Shown here piece by piece: positions 21,706 to 32,656 of a stretch of DNA of 64,000 nucleotides (positions within the stretch are counted from its first letter, which is position 1; every line of letters begins with the position of its first letter). A program made the position numbers and the translations under genes. The notes beneath the pieces were generated by a model. It saw only the letters and a list, made by a program, of their open reading frames with translations. It did not search any database and had not been told where the DNA came from. Origin of the DNA: Verrucomicrobiota bacterium. GTDB lineage: Bacteria; Verrucomicrobiota; Verrucomicrobiia; Limisphaerales; AAA164-E04. Where the stretch lies: NCBI GenBank assembly GCA_047947115.1, contig CP170459.1:2016001-2080000 (forward strand), read 5' to 3'.

Positions 21706-22611
21706 ATGCAGTTATGGGTCAATGGTGAACAGGTTGCTCCGGAATGGATCGAAGAAGAATTTGCTCAGATCAAGTCCTGGCACGAACAGCGCAGTCAGGT
21801 GAGTTGCTGTGAGCGAGACGACGAGTTTCGTTCACAAGCCAAGTCCAATGTGGTTGGGCGGCTATTGCTGAATCAAACCGCGGATCGGGAAATGCCCGAT
21901 CCCTCTCCAGCCGAGATTGGGAAAGCTTTGGAACAGTTGCACGCGGATTACGGGGGTGAGGACGCCTTCAAGGCTGCTATGGGAATTCAAGAAGGCCAAT
22001 CCGATTTTGTTCAACGCCAGATCACCGTCAATCTCAAAGTCGATCAACTGATCCACAACGTCTGTGGTGATATTGACTCCCCCTCTGAGGAAACGTTAAA
22101 GCAATATTTTGAGCGGCATCCGGAAGCCTATACGACCGAAAAAAAGGTCCGAGCCCTGCACATTTTCAAATCCCTTCGCCAGACCGAAGATAAGGAGCAA
22201 TTGTTCAAGGAGTGTTGCGCGGTTCGGGAAAGACTTGTTGCGGGTGAGGATTTTGAGACGATCGCTCGCGAGTTTTCCGACAAGCCTGCCGAGGAAATTG
22301 ACCTGGGGTTTTTCAAGCGCGGGGAGTTGATGGATGAGTTCGAGTTTGTCGCATTTTCCATGGGCATCGGTGAGGTCAGTCCGGTTTTCTCATCTTTTCA
22401 TGGTTTTCATCTGGCGAAGGTCATCGAAATTCAGCCTTCCACACTTCAACCGTTTGAAGAAGTCAAGGATGCCGTCAAAGATGCGTGGATTCAGCAGACC
22501 CGATCTGAGAAGATCGAGGACTATATGGAAAAGTTGAGAGCCAAAGCTGACATTAAGGAAATTGATGATGAAAAAGAGGGCGGAGCTGGCGAATCCTCAT
22601 CCGTGGATTGA
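21706..22611 (+). CDS. PpiC/parvulin-type peptidyl-prolyl isomerase
   Basis: VRALHIF, GEDFETIAREFSD, DLGFFKRGEL..EFE..AF, GEVSPV.SSFHGFHL. Confidence 0.88.
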   Translation: MQLWVNGEQVAPEWIEEEFAQIKSWHEQRSQVSCCERDDEFRSQAKSNVVGRLLLNQTADREMPDPSPAEIGKALEQLHADYGGEDAFKAAMGIQEGQSDFVQRQITVNLKVDQLIHNVCGDIDSPSEETLKQYFERHPEAYTTEKKVRALHIFKSLRQTEDKEQLFKECCAVRERLVAGEDFETIAREFSDKPAEEIDLGFFKRGELMDEFEFVAFSMGIGEVSPVFSSFHGFHLAKVIEIQPSTLQPFEEVKDAVKDAWIQQTRSEKIEDYMEKLRAKADIKEIDDEKEGGAGESSSVD

Positions 22612-22649
22612 CAACTATATGCTCTTCCTTGAGATGCTTTCTGAAAAAT

Positions 22650-22680
22650 AAATCGGCACCCGTTTCCGGGTGCCGATTTT
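22650..22680 (+). terminator. Rho-independent terminator (possibly bidirectional)
   Basis: AAATCGGCACCCG-tttc-CGGGTGCCGATTTT downstream of the PPIase gene. Confidence 0.75.
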
Positions 22681-23209
22681 CCCCACTAATGTACCATTCA
22701 CCAGACTTCCTTGGCGTCTACTCACTGAAAGCCACTTCGACCCCCAGCGTTTTCAGGTACAAAAATTAAATTCTCAACGAACAACTTCCTCATATCTAGC
22801 ATTTCAGATTCCATTTTCAGATATGAGAATGCCAGAGATTTTTCTGTGGATATTTAATCAAGATGGCTTTTTTTGAGCACGATGAAGTATTTTTCTCAGT
22901 GAGAATTGGCTGCGTGAAGAGAAGGCAAGCGCATTATTCTTAAAATATTTCTTAGAGATGCGAATCGGATTTCAAAGGATCAAGCACTCCATGGTTGGAA
23001 CAGATTAGGTGGTGTTCTGAATCAGTCAGGGAAGCCTTCTCTGTGGATTTTATATGGAGATGATCTATGAGGAATGGTAAACGGGGGTCTTGGAAGTTGA
23101 GTTTTTGCTCAATCTTTGGCATCATATTTGCAAACAGAGGCTTAAAGAGGCGCGTGCTCGATTTGTGTGTAAACGCGTCGATCACGAATCTGCAATCGAA
23201 CCATGGCGG

Positions 23210-24052
23210 CTATGCTTCGAATTCCACCACAATGGTGGTGATGTTGTCTCTCCCTGAAGCGTCAAGTGATTCTCTGACAATACGTTCAGATGGTATCATG
23301 TTCTGTAGATAAGGGGGAGGGGTGACCACTGTTTTCTGAATGGCATAGTTTGACAAGCCATCGGTTACGCCGTCTGTGCAAAAGACCAGCTTGTCGCCTG
23401 CGTTTAAGTCGAGATAACCTAACTGAGGCTGGTCGAAGCCTTTACCGCTCCCGATGCATTTTTCCAGAACGTGATAGGATTTGTCCCGCTTGGCTTCGGC
23501 CGGCGTGAGTTTTCCTTCCCGGACTTTGCGTGCCGCCACGGTGTGATCTTCCGTTATCTGAATAATGTCCTGCCCTGCGGGGATTTGATAAATCCTGCTG
23601 TCTCCCAAGTGAGCAAAATGCAAACGACTCCCGTCGACCCATCCCAAGCTTAACGTGGCTCCCATATTGCGGCATTCCTGGTAGTATCTTGAGATTTCGA
23701 TGATGGCAGTGTGGATTTCTTCACAAAATGCCGTTAACAATTCCTGGTGATTGATTTGGATTGATTTTTTCCCCTGATGAAATTTGCGTGAAATGAGTTT
23801 GGAGATCGATTTCAGAGCCGATTGACTGGCGTATTCACCTGCCTGTGCGCCCCCGATACCGTCACTGACGGCAAAAATGAAATGATTTGAATCCAGCGGG
23901 AAATCTCCAACTTTTCCAAGGTATTGCAGTTCCTGTAAGTCGAACTTGACCAACAGGAAAGCATCTTCGTTGTTGGGGCGAAACCGGCCTGGATTGGTCT
24001 CGGCGGTCCATTTGACCTCGCGGATGGCTTGGCGGGCGGAGTTTTGGCTCAT
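23210..24052 (-). CDS. PP2C/PPM-family Ser/Thr protein phosphatase
   Basis: GRFRPNNEDAF, AVSDGIGGAQAGEYAS, HLGDSRIY, CTDGVTD, GRDNIT. Confidence 0.93.
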   Translation of the reverse strand: MSQNSARQAIREVKWTAETNPGRFRPNNEDAFLLVKFDLQELQYLGKVGDFPLDSNHFIFAVSDGIGGAQAGEYASQSALKSISKLISRKFHQGKKSIQINHQELLTAFCEEIHTAIIEISRYYQECRNMGATLSLGWVDGSRLHFAHLGDSRIYQIPAGQDIIQITEDHTVAARKVREGKLTPAEAKRDKSYHVLEKCIGSGKGFDQPQLGYLDLNAGDKLVFCTDGVTDGLSNYAIQKTVVTPPPYLQNMIPSERIVRESLDASGRDNITTIVVEFEA

Positions 24053-24465
24053 TTATTTTGTATGACTTCTTCCTGGGTTAGACCTTCCCCAGAATCCTTG
24101 AGGGTGGCGAATTCAAAGTCAATAATACAAAATCGTCCCAGTTGAGCGCTATAGGTAACATTGCGGGCAAACGGGTCATCATGTACGACACCATACTGTT
24201 CCAGCTCGTTGAAAAGGGACTTTAGCTTGGATTCGCTCAGACTTACAACAATCGCACCCACATTGGTGGTTATCAGGTAAAGTTCATCGGGATCAGCAAA
24301 GATCACTTCAGGGACGAACGGACAGCCCTTTTGTTTCAAATGTTCCAAGATGTGCACTTCATTCTCAAAGCGCTTCTTGGCATATTTCCCCAAAAACCGT
24401 TTGTGAACGCGACCATCGAATCCAATGTGAACGGTGGACCGCGGTGTGTTCTTCATTTCTCGCAT
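24049..24465 (-). CDS. Minimal protein-kinase-like-fold protein (138 aa)
   Basis: VHK (beta3 Lys), FENE (alphaC Glu), HDDPFARN (HxDxxxxN), IIDFEFA (DFG-equivalent); stop overlaps the PP2C start. Confidence 0.78.
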   Translation of the reverse strand: MREMKNTPRSTVHIGFDGRVHKRFLGKYAKKRFENEVHILEHLKQKGCPFVPEVIFADPDELYLITTNVGAIVVSLSESKLKSLFNELEQYGVVHDDPFARNVTYSAQLGRFCIIDFEFATLKDSGEGLTQEEVIQNK

Positions 24466-24547
24466 GCCAAATGATGGATACCTCCATTCCGTGGAAATAT
24501 CCAGCCTTGATCGTAATAAACGGTCCTTCCAAAAATAATTTGAGTGC

Positions 24548-24563
24548 TGGTAAGCTTTTTGCT
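24548..24563 (+). promoter_or_regulatory. Sigma-54 (-24/-12) promoter candidate for glutamine synthetase
   Basis: TGG-TAAGCTTTTT-GCT has exact GG-N10-GC spacing, ~70 bp upstream of the GSII ATG. Confidence 0.65.
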
Positions 24564-24630
24564 TAACTTTAGGCTCGGCTGCTGATGAAGCGCCCTTGTG
24601 ATAAGAAAATCCAAATTGATTGACTCATAT

Positions 24631-25644
<1,014 letters not shown>

Positions 25645-25668
25645 TCTTGAAATATCCATTTTACCCAC

Positions 25669-25704
25669 AAACCTTCCATCCAAATGCGGATGGAAGGTTT
25701 TTTT
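25669..25704 (+). terminator. Rho-independent terminator after glnII
   Basis: AAACCTTCCATCC-aaatgc-GGATGGAAGGTTT followed by a T tract. Confidence 0.85.
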
Positions 25705-25834
25705 GTGTTCGCTCATAAACAGAAGAAATGATCGGATAAGGTCCAGCGCATTCATTCATGGTGGCGCCGGTTCGCAAATGCATTGGTATAGCTGGGGTTC
25801 CAACCCCATTTTTTTGTCATCAAAGTGGCAATTT

Positions 25835-26215
25835 TTGGTCTGCTCCCGATGAAAAAATTGCCTCAGTATTGGCCGATCGCAAGCGCCTCCAACAAGTCTT
25901 GATCAATCTGGTCAACAACGGAATCAAATAGAATCGAAAGGGAGGGCGTTTGTCATTTACAGTGATCGTTTTTCCTCAGGCCCCGTCCAGATTAAAATTC
26001 AAGACACCGGAAACGGCATATCCTCCGAGAATCAAAGGCGATTGTTCAACCCGTTTGATCGATTGGATGTTGATCAAAGCGATGAAAAGATTGAAGGCAC
26101 CAGGCTGGGACTGTCGATCAGGAAGAAGTTGGTGGAGTGTATGGGGCCAGTATTCATGTCACATCTAAGGAAGGAAAGAGTTCTGCTTTTACCGTCGAAT
26201 TGAACCGAATTGCAG
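25835..26215 (+). pseudogene. Degraded histidine kinase HATPase_c domain
   Basis: Manual translation across one stop and two frameshifts: ADRKRLQQVLINLVNNGIK* (N box) / QDTGNGIS...RLFNPF (G1, F) ...EGTRLGLSI.KKLVE.MG (G2) / IHVTSKEGKSSAFTVEL. Confidence 0.85.
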
Positions 26216-26303
26216 GGGAGTCGACTCTTGTTGAGGGGGGGGGCGAGCAACGTAACCTTTAAAAGGTGTTTGAAAGTTTCTGATCCTTTGACATCCTGGA
26301 GGC

Positions 26304-27767
26304 ATGTACCTTTTGCGCTTATTTCAAGTTCATTGGCTGCTTTTTATTGCTGCGTCTGTTCAGGCCGTCGAACGTCCGAATGTGCTGTTCATTTTGGTGG
26401 ATGACCTCGGTTACATGGATATTGGCGTCAACAACCCGGACACTTTCTACGAAACCCCCAACATTGATCGATTGGCCGGGGAAGGAATCAGGTTTACCAA
26501 CGGTTACGCTGCAAACCCTGTCTGCAGTCCGACCCGATACAGCATCATGACCGGTAAACATCCCTCACGTGTGGATGCCACGAATTTCTTTGACGGAACC
26601 CGAGGAGGTCGGTTCAAACCGGCGGCACTCAATGATCGCATGCCCCTTTCCGAGATCACTCTGGCGGAAGCTTTCCAGGAAGCGGGTTATGCCACGTTTT
26701 TTGCCGGCAAATGGCACCTGGGCCCGACTGAAGAATTCTGGCCTGAACACCAGGGCTTCGATGTGAACAAAGGCGGTTGGCGGGCTGGGGGGCCATTCCA
26801 GGCAGGCAAATACTTTTCGCCATATGCCAATCCAAGACTGGAAGACGGACCTGAAGGGGAACACCTGCCGCATCGTCTGGCTTCTGAAACCATTGAGTTC
26901 ATTAAAAACCATCAACAAGGAAACTTCCTCGCCTATTTGTCCTTTTATTCCGTGCACACTCCATTGTTGGCACCCCTGCATCTGGTAAAGAAGTACCAGG
27001 AAAAAGCTGAACGATTGGGGCTGGCAGATAAAGAGGCATTCCGGAAAGAGGAACAGGTCTGGCCCAACGCCAAACAAGGCCGGAAGGTTCGTTCGCTTCA
27101 GTCACATGCGGTCTATGCCGCCATGATGGAAGCCATGGATGCCAATGTGGGACGTGTTCTCGATGCCTTGAAAGAACTGGATCTGGATGATTCCACCATC
27201 GTGTGTTTCATGTCCGATAACGGAGGGTTGTCCACCTCCGAAGGATCCCCCACTTCCAATCTGCCCCTGCGTGGCGGCAAGGGGTGGCTTTACGAAGGCG
27301 GGATACGTGAGCCTTACATCATCAAGTGGCCGGGTATGAGCCGTCCCGGTGGCACCAGTGCCTACCCGGTCGTGAGCATGGATTTTTATCCAACCCTGCT
27401 GGATCTGGCTGGGTTGCCCCTAAAGCCCGAACAACACCTTGATGGCGTATCCCTCGCTCCCATACTTAAGGGGGGCGCTGCGCCTTATCGCTCGGCTCTT
27501 TATTGGCACTATCCTCATTACAGCAACCAGGGAGGATTTCCCGGTGGAGCCATTCGTGAAGGGGATTGGAAATTCATCGAACGGTTCGAAGACGGGCGTG
27601 CCCACCTCTATAACCTTCGAGACGATATCGGTGAAACCAGAGACGTGATCGAACTCCATCCCGACAAAAGCGAACGAATGCGAGCCAGTCTGCACGCATG
27701 GTATCAGGAAGTGGACGCCAAATTTCTTGAACCCAAAGAGGATGGCCCGATGCCGTGGAGGCCATGA
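26304..27767 (+). CDS. Formylglycine-dependent sulfatase (S1 family)
   Basis: RPNVLFILVDDLG, CSPTRYSIMTG, GKWHLG, SDNGG, GKGWLYEGGIR. Confidence 0.96.
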   Translation: MYLLRLFQVHWLLFIAASVQAVERPNVLFILVDDLGYMDIGVNNPDTFYETPNIDRLAGEGIRFTNGYAANPVCSPTRYSIMTGKHPSRVDATNFFDGTRGGRFKPAALNDRMPLSEITLAEAFQEAGYATFFAGKWHLGPTEEFWPEHQGFDVNKGGWRAGGPFQAGKYFSPYANPRLEDGPEGEHLPHRLASETIEFIKNHQQGNFLAYLSFYSVHTPLLAPLHLVKKYQEKAERLGLADKEAFRKEEQVWPNAKQGRKVRSLQSHAVYAAMMEAMDANVGRVLDALKELDLDDSTIVCFMSDNGGLSTSEGSPTSNLPLRGGKGWLYEGGIREPYIIKWPGMSRPGGTSAYPVVSMDFYPTLLDLAGLPLKPEQHLDGVSLAPILKGGAAPYRSALYWHYPHYSNQGGFPGGAIREGDWKFIERFEDGRAHLYNLRDDIGETRDVIELHPDKSERMRASLHAWYQEVDAKFLEPKEDGPMPWRP

Positions 27768-28029
27768 TTTGTAACATATTACAACGCATTGTGATGTGTC
27801 TTTGAAGGAGGGGATGCTTCGGCATAAGTTGAGACCCTCGAAGAACAGGATTTCACCAGTTAGTTTCAAGGAAGGTATGCCGACACAAAGAACTGTCTTT
27901 CTTTCTTCCAAGCCTCAATGGAAACAATTCTAGCCTTGCCATTACCAAATCCGAGGGCATGATCCTTTTCGTTTCCATACCAACGGGTGTCCACTGGAAC
28001 CCAGTGATTCGATTTCAAAGTAAAAGGAC

Positions 28030-29058
28030 ATGAAAAAAGCAATGATCAATAGTGTAGGCGCGGCGATGTTGTGTGTGACCGCGACGGTGCAGGGTGGAGA
28101 GCTCGCCGGTAGCGCTCCCTTCCAATTTCGCTATGCGGCGGATCTGAGTGAGTTACCAGCAGAAGTGGCTCCCAAAGTGCCGGGTGCCCACGGTGGATTT
28201 GCCGTGGATAACAAAACCGGCGAAGTGTTCTTCGGCCTGAAAGGGGCCGGCATCATCTGGATGAGCAACGACCTCACCGAAAAGAAGGTGCTGCCAGTGA
28301 CCGAACCGCTGATCCTCGAGGGGAATTTCCACAACACAACCATTCTTTATCGGGGTGACGGCGAACGATTCCTCGCTTTGCCGGATAACGAACAACACCG
28401 CGTTTACATTGTATCGGATGAAGGCAAATTGGTGTCTGTTCTGAACTCCCCTCTCGATCTGAATGATTACTACGGAGGCGGTGGCGCTTTCAACCCAACA
28501 GACACCGAGTATGCCGACGGCAAGCTGTATGTTGCGGACGGTTATTCAGCCGGAAATTTCATTTCCATTGCCGATCCCTGGACAGCCAGCTGGACGGATG
28601 AATATTTCGGCGGAAAAGCCAGCGGTGCTCGTGAATACGGTTTGTTCGGAACCGCGCACGGAATCACTCTGGAACCACACACCAAACGGCTCGCCATCGC
28701 TGACCGCGCCAACTCGCGCGTTCAGGATTTTGATTTTCATGGAACGTTTCTGGAAAACGTGAATCTCCCTGCAGGATCATTGCCTTGTGACATCGATTTC
28801 TACCAGAGCTTTGTCTTGGTAGGATGCTTGCGTGGACCTCAGGGCTATACTTCGGCTCCCTGCTACGTCGTCGACAAGGACGGTAACCTTCTTTCCGAAG
28901 TGAATCCGAAGAAAGATTTCGGTTTGGAATTGTTCACTCACATTCACAACGCTGCCTGGAAACCTGTCTACGGCGAAAATGGCAAGGTTGAAAAACTTTA
29001 CGCTCTGGCAACCGCCTGGAACCCTGGTGGATTCGCAGTGATGGAAGTGGTGCGATAA
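28030..29058 (+). CDS. Secreted NHL-repeat/beta-propeller protein
   Basis: Signal peptide; FNPTD...LYVADGY, FGTAHGITL...LAIADRANSRVQ.F NHL-type blades. Confidence 0.78.
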   Translation: MKKAMINSVGAAMLCVTATVQGGELAGSAPFQFRYAADLSELPAEVAPKVPGAHGGFAVDNKTGEVFFGLKGAGIIWMSNDLTEKKVLPVTEPLILEGNFHNTTILYRGDGERFLALPDNEQHRVYIVSDEGKLVSVLNSPLDLNDYYGGGGAFNPTDTEYADGKLYVADGYSAGNFISIADPWTASWTDEYFGGKASGAREYGLFGTAHGITLEPHTKRLAIADRANSRVQDFDFHGTFLENVNLPAGSLPCDIDFYQSFVLVGCLRGPQGYTSAPCYVVDKDGNLLSEVNPKKDFGLELFTHIHNAAWKPVYGENGKVEKLYALATAWNPGGFAVMEVVR

Positions 29059-29077
29059 CCTGAAGACCTTTCTCTTC

Positions 29078-29113
29078 AAAAGCCGCTGGTTTTCACAACC
29101 GGCGGCTTTTTTT
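29078..29113 (+). terminator. Rho-independent terminator (between convergent genes)
   Basis: AAAAGCCGCTGGTT-ttcac-AACCGGCGGCTTTTTTT. Confidence 0.85.
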
Positions 29114-29158
29114 GTGGCTCCACCCACATAAGGTCTTTGCTTGGGTATTCTGAAAGCT

Positions 29159-30337
29159 TTAAGTCAAACGGGAAACCGGATGACTCATCGGCCCCTGAAA
29201 TTTTTCAAGGTAATAGGCCAGATCGCGGCGATACTCCGAGTCAATGTTCAGTTGGGTGAGTTGCTTGTGAACGATCGCCAATCCTTCGCCGTACGATTCG
29301 GCTTTTCTCGCGTCATCGTATCGTCTTGATGGATCGGGATTGAGCAATCGTTGTAAGATTTCCACGAACTTTTCATTGCGGGTGACATAGGTCGGCAGCA
29401 TGCGGGGGAGTTCCTTGGGGAGACGCCACTTGATCTCTTTCAATTCCTGTTCAGTGATATCCGGGTTGATGCTGAGTGGTTTTCCTGTCATCAGAAACAA
29501 TCCCACCAATCCCACTCCATATACATCCGACTGCACGGTGGCTGGTTGTCGGTCATGTATCTCAGGCGCCATGAACATCGGGGTGCCCAGCAGGATGCGC
29601 GATTTCTCGTTGATCAGGTTGGCACGGCCGAAGTCGATGATCTTCACATAACCCAGCGGGTCGATCATGGTGTTGCTGGGCTTGATGTCACAGTGCAGAT
29701 AGTTGGAGGCATGCAAGGTTTCCAGTCCGGAAAGCATCTGCCGCATGATGTAGATTGCCACTCCCGGCTGGATGCACAATTGTTTGTTGTGCCAATTAAA
29801 AATAATTTTCATCAAGGTTTCCCACTCCCGGCCCGAACACCTGGATTTGACCAGTTGTTGAATGTTGGGGTCGAGGAGTTGAAGAAGCGTGATTCCGCGA
29901 ATCAACTCCATCTGAACGAAACCGATGCCGTTTGTTTCCTCATAGATATCACAATCCACCAGGTTGGGAGATCTTGCCGCCTGCAAGCGAGAAACCTGAG
30001 CTGCAATCCTCCCCATGTCGGTCCAGTACTTTTTGACATTTGGATAAATGCCCGGATCAAACACCTTCACCGCGTGCTCGGTCACGCAACCTCGTGAACC
30101 GTGGCGTTGTGCGTGAAACACCACTCCCTGCTGCCCACTCCCAATGCGTTCCCGAAAACGGTAGGCCACCGGGTAGTAAATGGATTGGGAATGAACAATG
30201 GACTGAAAATTGTCGATCAACTGACGGTGCCCCATCCCTGGCGCGGAAGCCGACACGTCAGAATCAGGAACCATCGCTGTTTCCACCATCGTGGGTGTCT
30301 CGCTCATTGCGATTGTTTCGTCCTGATCTGCTTGCAT
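29159..30337 (-). CDS. Hanks-type Ser/Thr protein kinase, soluble
   Basis: IGSGQQGVV, AVK, HCDIKPSN, DFG, GTPMFMAPE, SDVYGVG; no TM segment seen. Confidence 0.93.
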   Translation of the reverse strand: MQADQDETIAMSETPTMVETAMVPDSDVSASAPGMGHRQLIDNFQSIVHSQSIYYPVAYRFRERIGSGQQGVVFHAQRHGSRGCVTEHAVKVFDPGIYPNVKKYWTDMGRIAAQVSRLQAARSPNLVDCDIYEETNGIGFVQMELIRGITLLQLLDPNIQQLVKSRCSGREWETLMKIIFNWHNKQLCIQPGVAIYIMRQMLSGLETLHASNYLHCDIKPSNTMIDPLGYVKIIDFGRANLINEKSRILLGTPMFMAPEIHDRQPATVQSDVYGVGLVGLFLMTGKPLSINPDITEQELKEIKWRLPKELPRMLPTYVTRNEKFVEILQRLLNPDPSRRYDDARKAESYGEGLAIVHKQLTQLNIDSEYRRDLAYYLEKFQGPMSHPVSRLT

Positions 30338-30509
30338 GGCTTGATGTTGTCTGGTTGGTCGTAGCTGACAATTTTCACCGCCGAGTCTTCACAGTTTTAG
30401 CCAAAAGGCAAGGATCAACACGAAGGACCATACGAGCAGAATAGAGCCATCTTGGGGAATCCTCTTTTCATGCTGTCTCACTTTTGTGACACTCCCCCCA
30501 TAACCCATC

Positions 30510-31850
30510 ATGAATTTCAAAAACGTAAATGCCTTTTTATGGGGGATGTTGATCACCTTGAACGTGGCAGCTGATTCGGCTAGGCCCAACATCGTGCTCA
30601 TCCTCGCCGACGACCTTGGGTATGGGGATCTCGGTTGCTACGGTAGCCAACTCAACCGAACTCCCAACATCGACCGATTGGCCAAGGAGGGACTGCGGTT
30701 TACCGATTTTCACAGCAACGGCTCCATGTGCACCCCGACGCGTGCTGCCTTGTTGACCGGGCGTTACCAGCAGCGGCTTGGAACAAAATTCGAGGGACCT
30801 TTGAGCGGCAAATCGGATTACCTTGACGGTATGCCGCTTGAAGCGGTGACCATGGCCGAAATGCTCAAGCAGAGGGTTTTTGCGACTGGTATGTTTGGCA
30901 AGTGGCACTTGGGCTATCAGCCTCCATTTTTACCGACACGGCAGGGTTTCGATACCTTCGTGGGCCTGACTTCCGGGGACGGCGATCATCATACCCATGT
31001 GGATCGTTCCGGGCGTCCGGATTGGTGGTCTCAGGAAAAAAGAATCCAAGAGGAGGGATACACAGCCGATTGGCTGACGGATCACGCTATTCGGTTTATC
31101 GAAGAAAAACAGAATGAACCTTTCTTTGTTTATCTGCCGCACCTGGCCATTCATTTTCCCTGGCAAGGGCCGAATGATCCGCCGCACCGTGAAGTCGGAA
31201 CCGATTACTGGAACGACAAATGGGGGATCCTTCCGGATCGAACCAACGTGGCGCCGCATGTCAAGGCGATGGTGGAATCACTGGATGCGAATGTAGGGCG
31301 TTTGATGGAGACTCTGGATCGACTGAATCTGGATGAACGCACCCTTGTTGTTTTTATGTCCGACAACGGTGGTTACCGGTTTTACGGTGATACACATCAG
31401 AACATTTCAAGCAATGGAGCTTTGAGGGGCCAGAAGGGCACCTTGTGGGAAGGTGGGCATCGTGTTCCTGCTATTGCTCGATGGACCGGACGTATCAAAC
31501 CGGGAGAAACGGACGAATCGGTGATGGGATTTGATCTCTTTCCAACCTTCCTGAGTCTCACCGCCAATCGTGTGGAAACCTCTGGATTGATCCTGGATGG
31601 TATGGACCTTTCACACTTGTTGTTACAACGTGAACCTTTGCCTGACCGAACCTTGTTCTGGCGGGATGGCAATGAATTTGCCGTTCGCAGTGGTCCCTGG
31701 AAATTGTTGCACCCGGGCGATCAACAGTTCCGCTTGTTTGATCTCCATCATGATCCCGAAGAGAAGCACGATGTGGCCTCTCTTCGTGCGGATCAAGTTC
31801 GGCGCATGTTGAACCGGTATAAGGCCTGGGAGGCTGAAATGGGATTGTGA
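30510..31850 (+). CDS. Formylglycine-dependent sulfatase (S1 family)
   Basis: RPNIVLILADDLGYGDLGCYG, CTPTRAALLTG, GKWHLG, SDNGG, KGTLWEGGHRVP. Confidence 0.96.
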   Translation: MNFKNVNAFLWGMLITLNVAADSARPNIVLILADDLGYGDLGCYGSQLNRTPNIDRLAKEGLRFTDFHSNGSMCTPTRAALLTGRYQQRLGTKFEGPLSGKSDYLDGMPLEAVTMAEMLKQRVFATGMFGKWHLGYQPPFLPTRQGFDTFVGLTSGDGDHHTHVDRSGRPDWWSQEKRIQEEGYTADWLTDHAIRFIEEKQNEPFFVYLPHLAIHFPWQGPNDPPHREVGTDYWNDKWGILPDRTNVAPHVKAMVESLDANVGRLMETLDRLNLDERTLVVFMSDNGGYRFYGDTHQNISSNGALRGQKGTLWEGGHRVPAIARWTGRIKPGETDESVMGFDLFPTFLSLTANRVETSGLILDGMDLSHLLLQREPLPDRTLFWRDGNEFAVRSGPWKLLHPGDQQFRLFDLHHDPEEKHDVASLRADQVRRMLNRYKAWEAEMGL

Positions 31851-31854
31851 TGCC

Positions 31855-32532
31855 CTATTTGCCTGCGGAAGGACGTGGTATGCTGGATGAGATTTGCGTC
31901 AGCAAGTTCTCGTAAATGTTGGGGACCGGCGCGATCAGAACACGTCCCGTTCCCTTGATGACGCTGACCAAACCTTCTCCGGACGCCATCGAACTGAGGA
32001 TGCCTTTCGCCGCTTTTTTAATGGCGTAGTCAAGGTGGGCTTGTCGGGCCACAGCAAAGGAACCGTCCACTGTCAGAGTTTGATTTTCCAGATCCACGAT
32101 TTCGATTTTGCCGGGTGCCTGAATGATGACCTGTCCGGTTCCTTCGACTTTTGTTTGGAAGAAACCTTCACCGCCGACCAACCCTGTGATGGCTTTGTTG
32201 CGGAAAGCGCCCGTTTCCACCGAACCGTCCGAGCAGACGTAGGCCCCCTTGTCGAGAATCCAGGCTTCGTTGTTCAATTCGAGCGTGTGATATTCGCCGA
32301 AAATGGGCGGGCCGAAAAAGATGTCTCCGGTTCCCTTGTAAGCTGGCTTGAACACGGATTCCTGTGTGACGAGTGACTTAAGGAATCCTGTCGCCGACGG
32401 CATTTTGGTGGTGAGTTCAATGTCGCCCAACATGTAATGCAAAGCGCCTGCTTCGGCTCGGATGGTTTCGTTTTGAATGGTCGCTTTGACCATCTTGAGC
32501 CCCTCTTTTTCGATGATTTGAAATGTTGCCAT
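31855..32532 (-). CDS. AIM24 family protein
   Basis: ETIRAEAGAL, Y.GTG, GGEGFFQTKVEGTG.V, VDGSFAVA, SGEGLV..IKGTG.V. Confidence 0.88.
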   Translation of the reverse strand: MATFQIIEKEGLKMVKATIQNETIRAEAGALHYMLGDIELTTKMPSATGFLKSLVTQESVFKPAYKGTGDIFFGPPIFGEYHTLELNNEAWILDKGAYVCSDGSVETGAFRNKAITGLVGGEGFFQTKVEGTGQVIIQAPGKIEIVDLENQTLTVDGSFAVARQAHLDYAIKKAAKGILSSMASGEGLVSVIKGTGRVLIAPVPNIYENLLTQISSSIPRPSAGK

Positions 32533-32656
32533 AACTTGATTGAATCAGTGTTGATAATGAGTTCGATCCCATCGTCTCAGACAGTTGGCCTGGATCAAAA
32601 TATAAAATACGACCGTCTTTGTAAGCAGGGAAGGGTCAAGCCAAAAAATGGAAACC

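Noticed and set aside
22681..23209. Gene or ncRNA in an AT-richer ~530-bp gap
   Set aside because: Only short ORFs without recognisable motifs; nothing supportable by eye.
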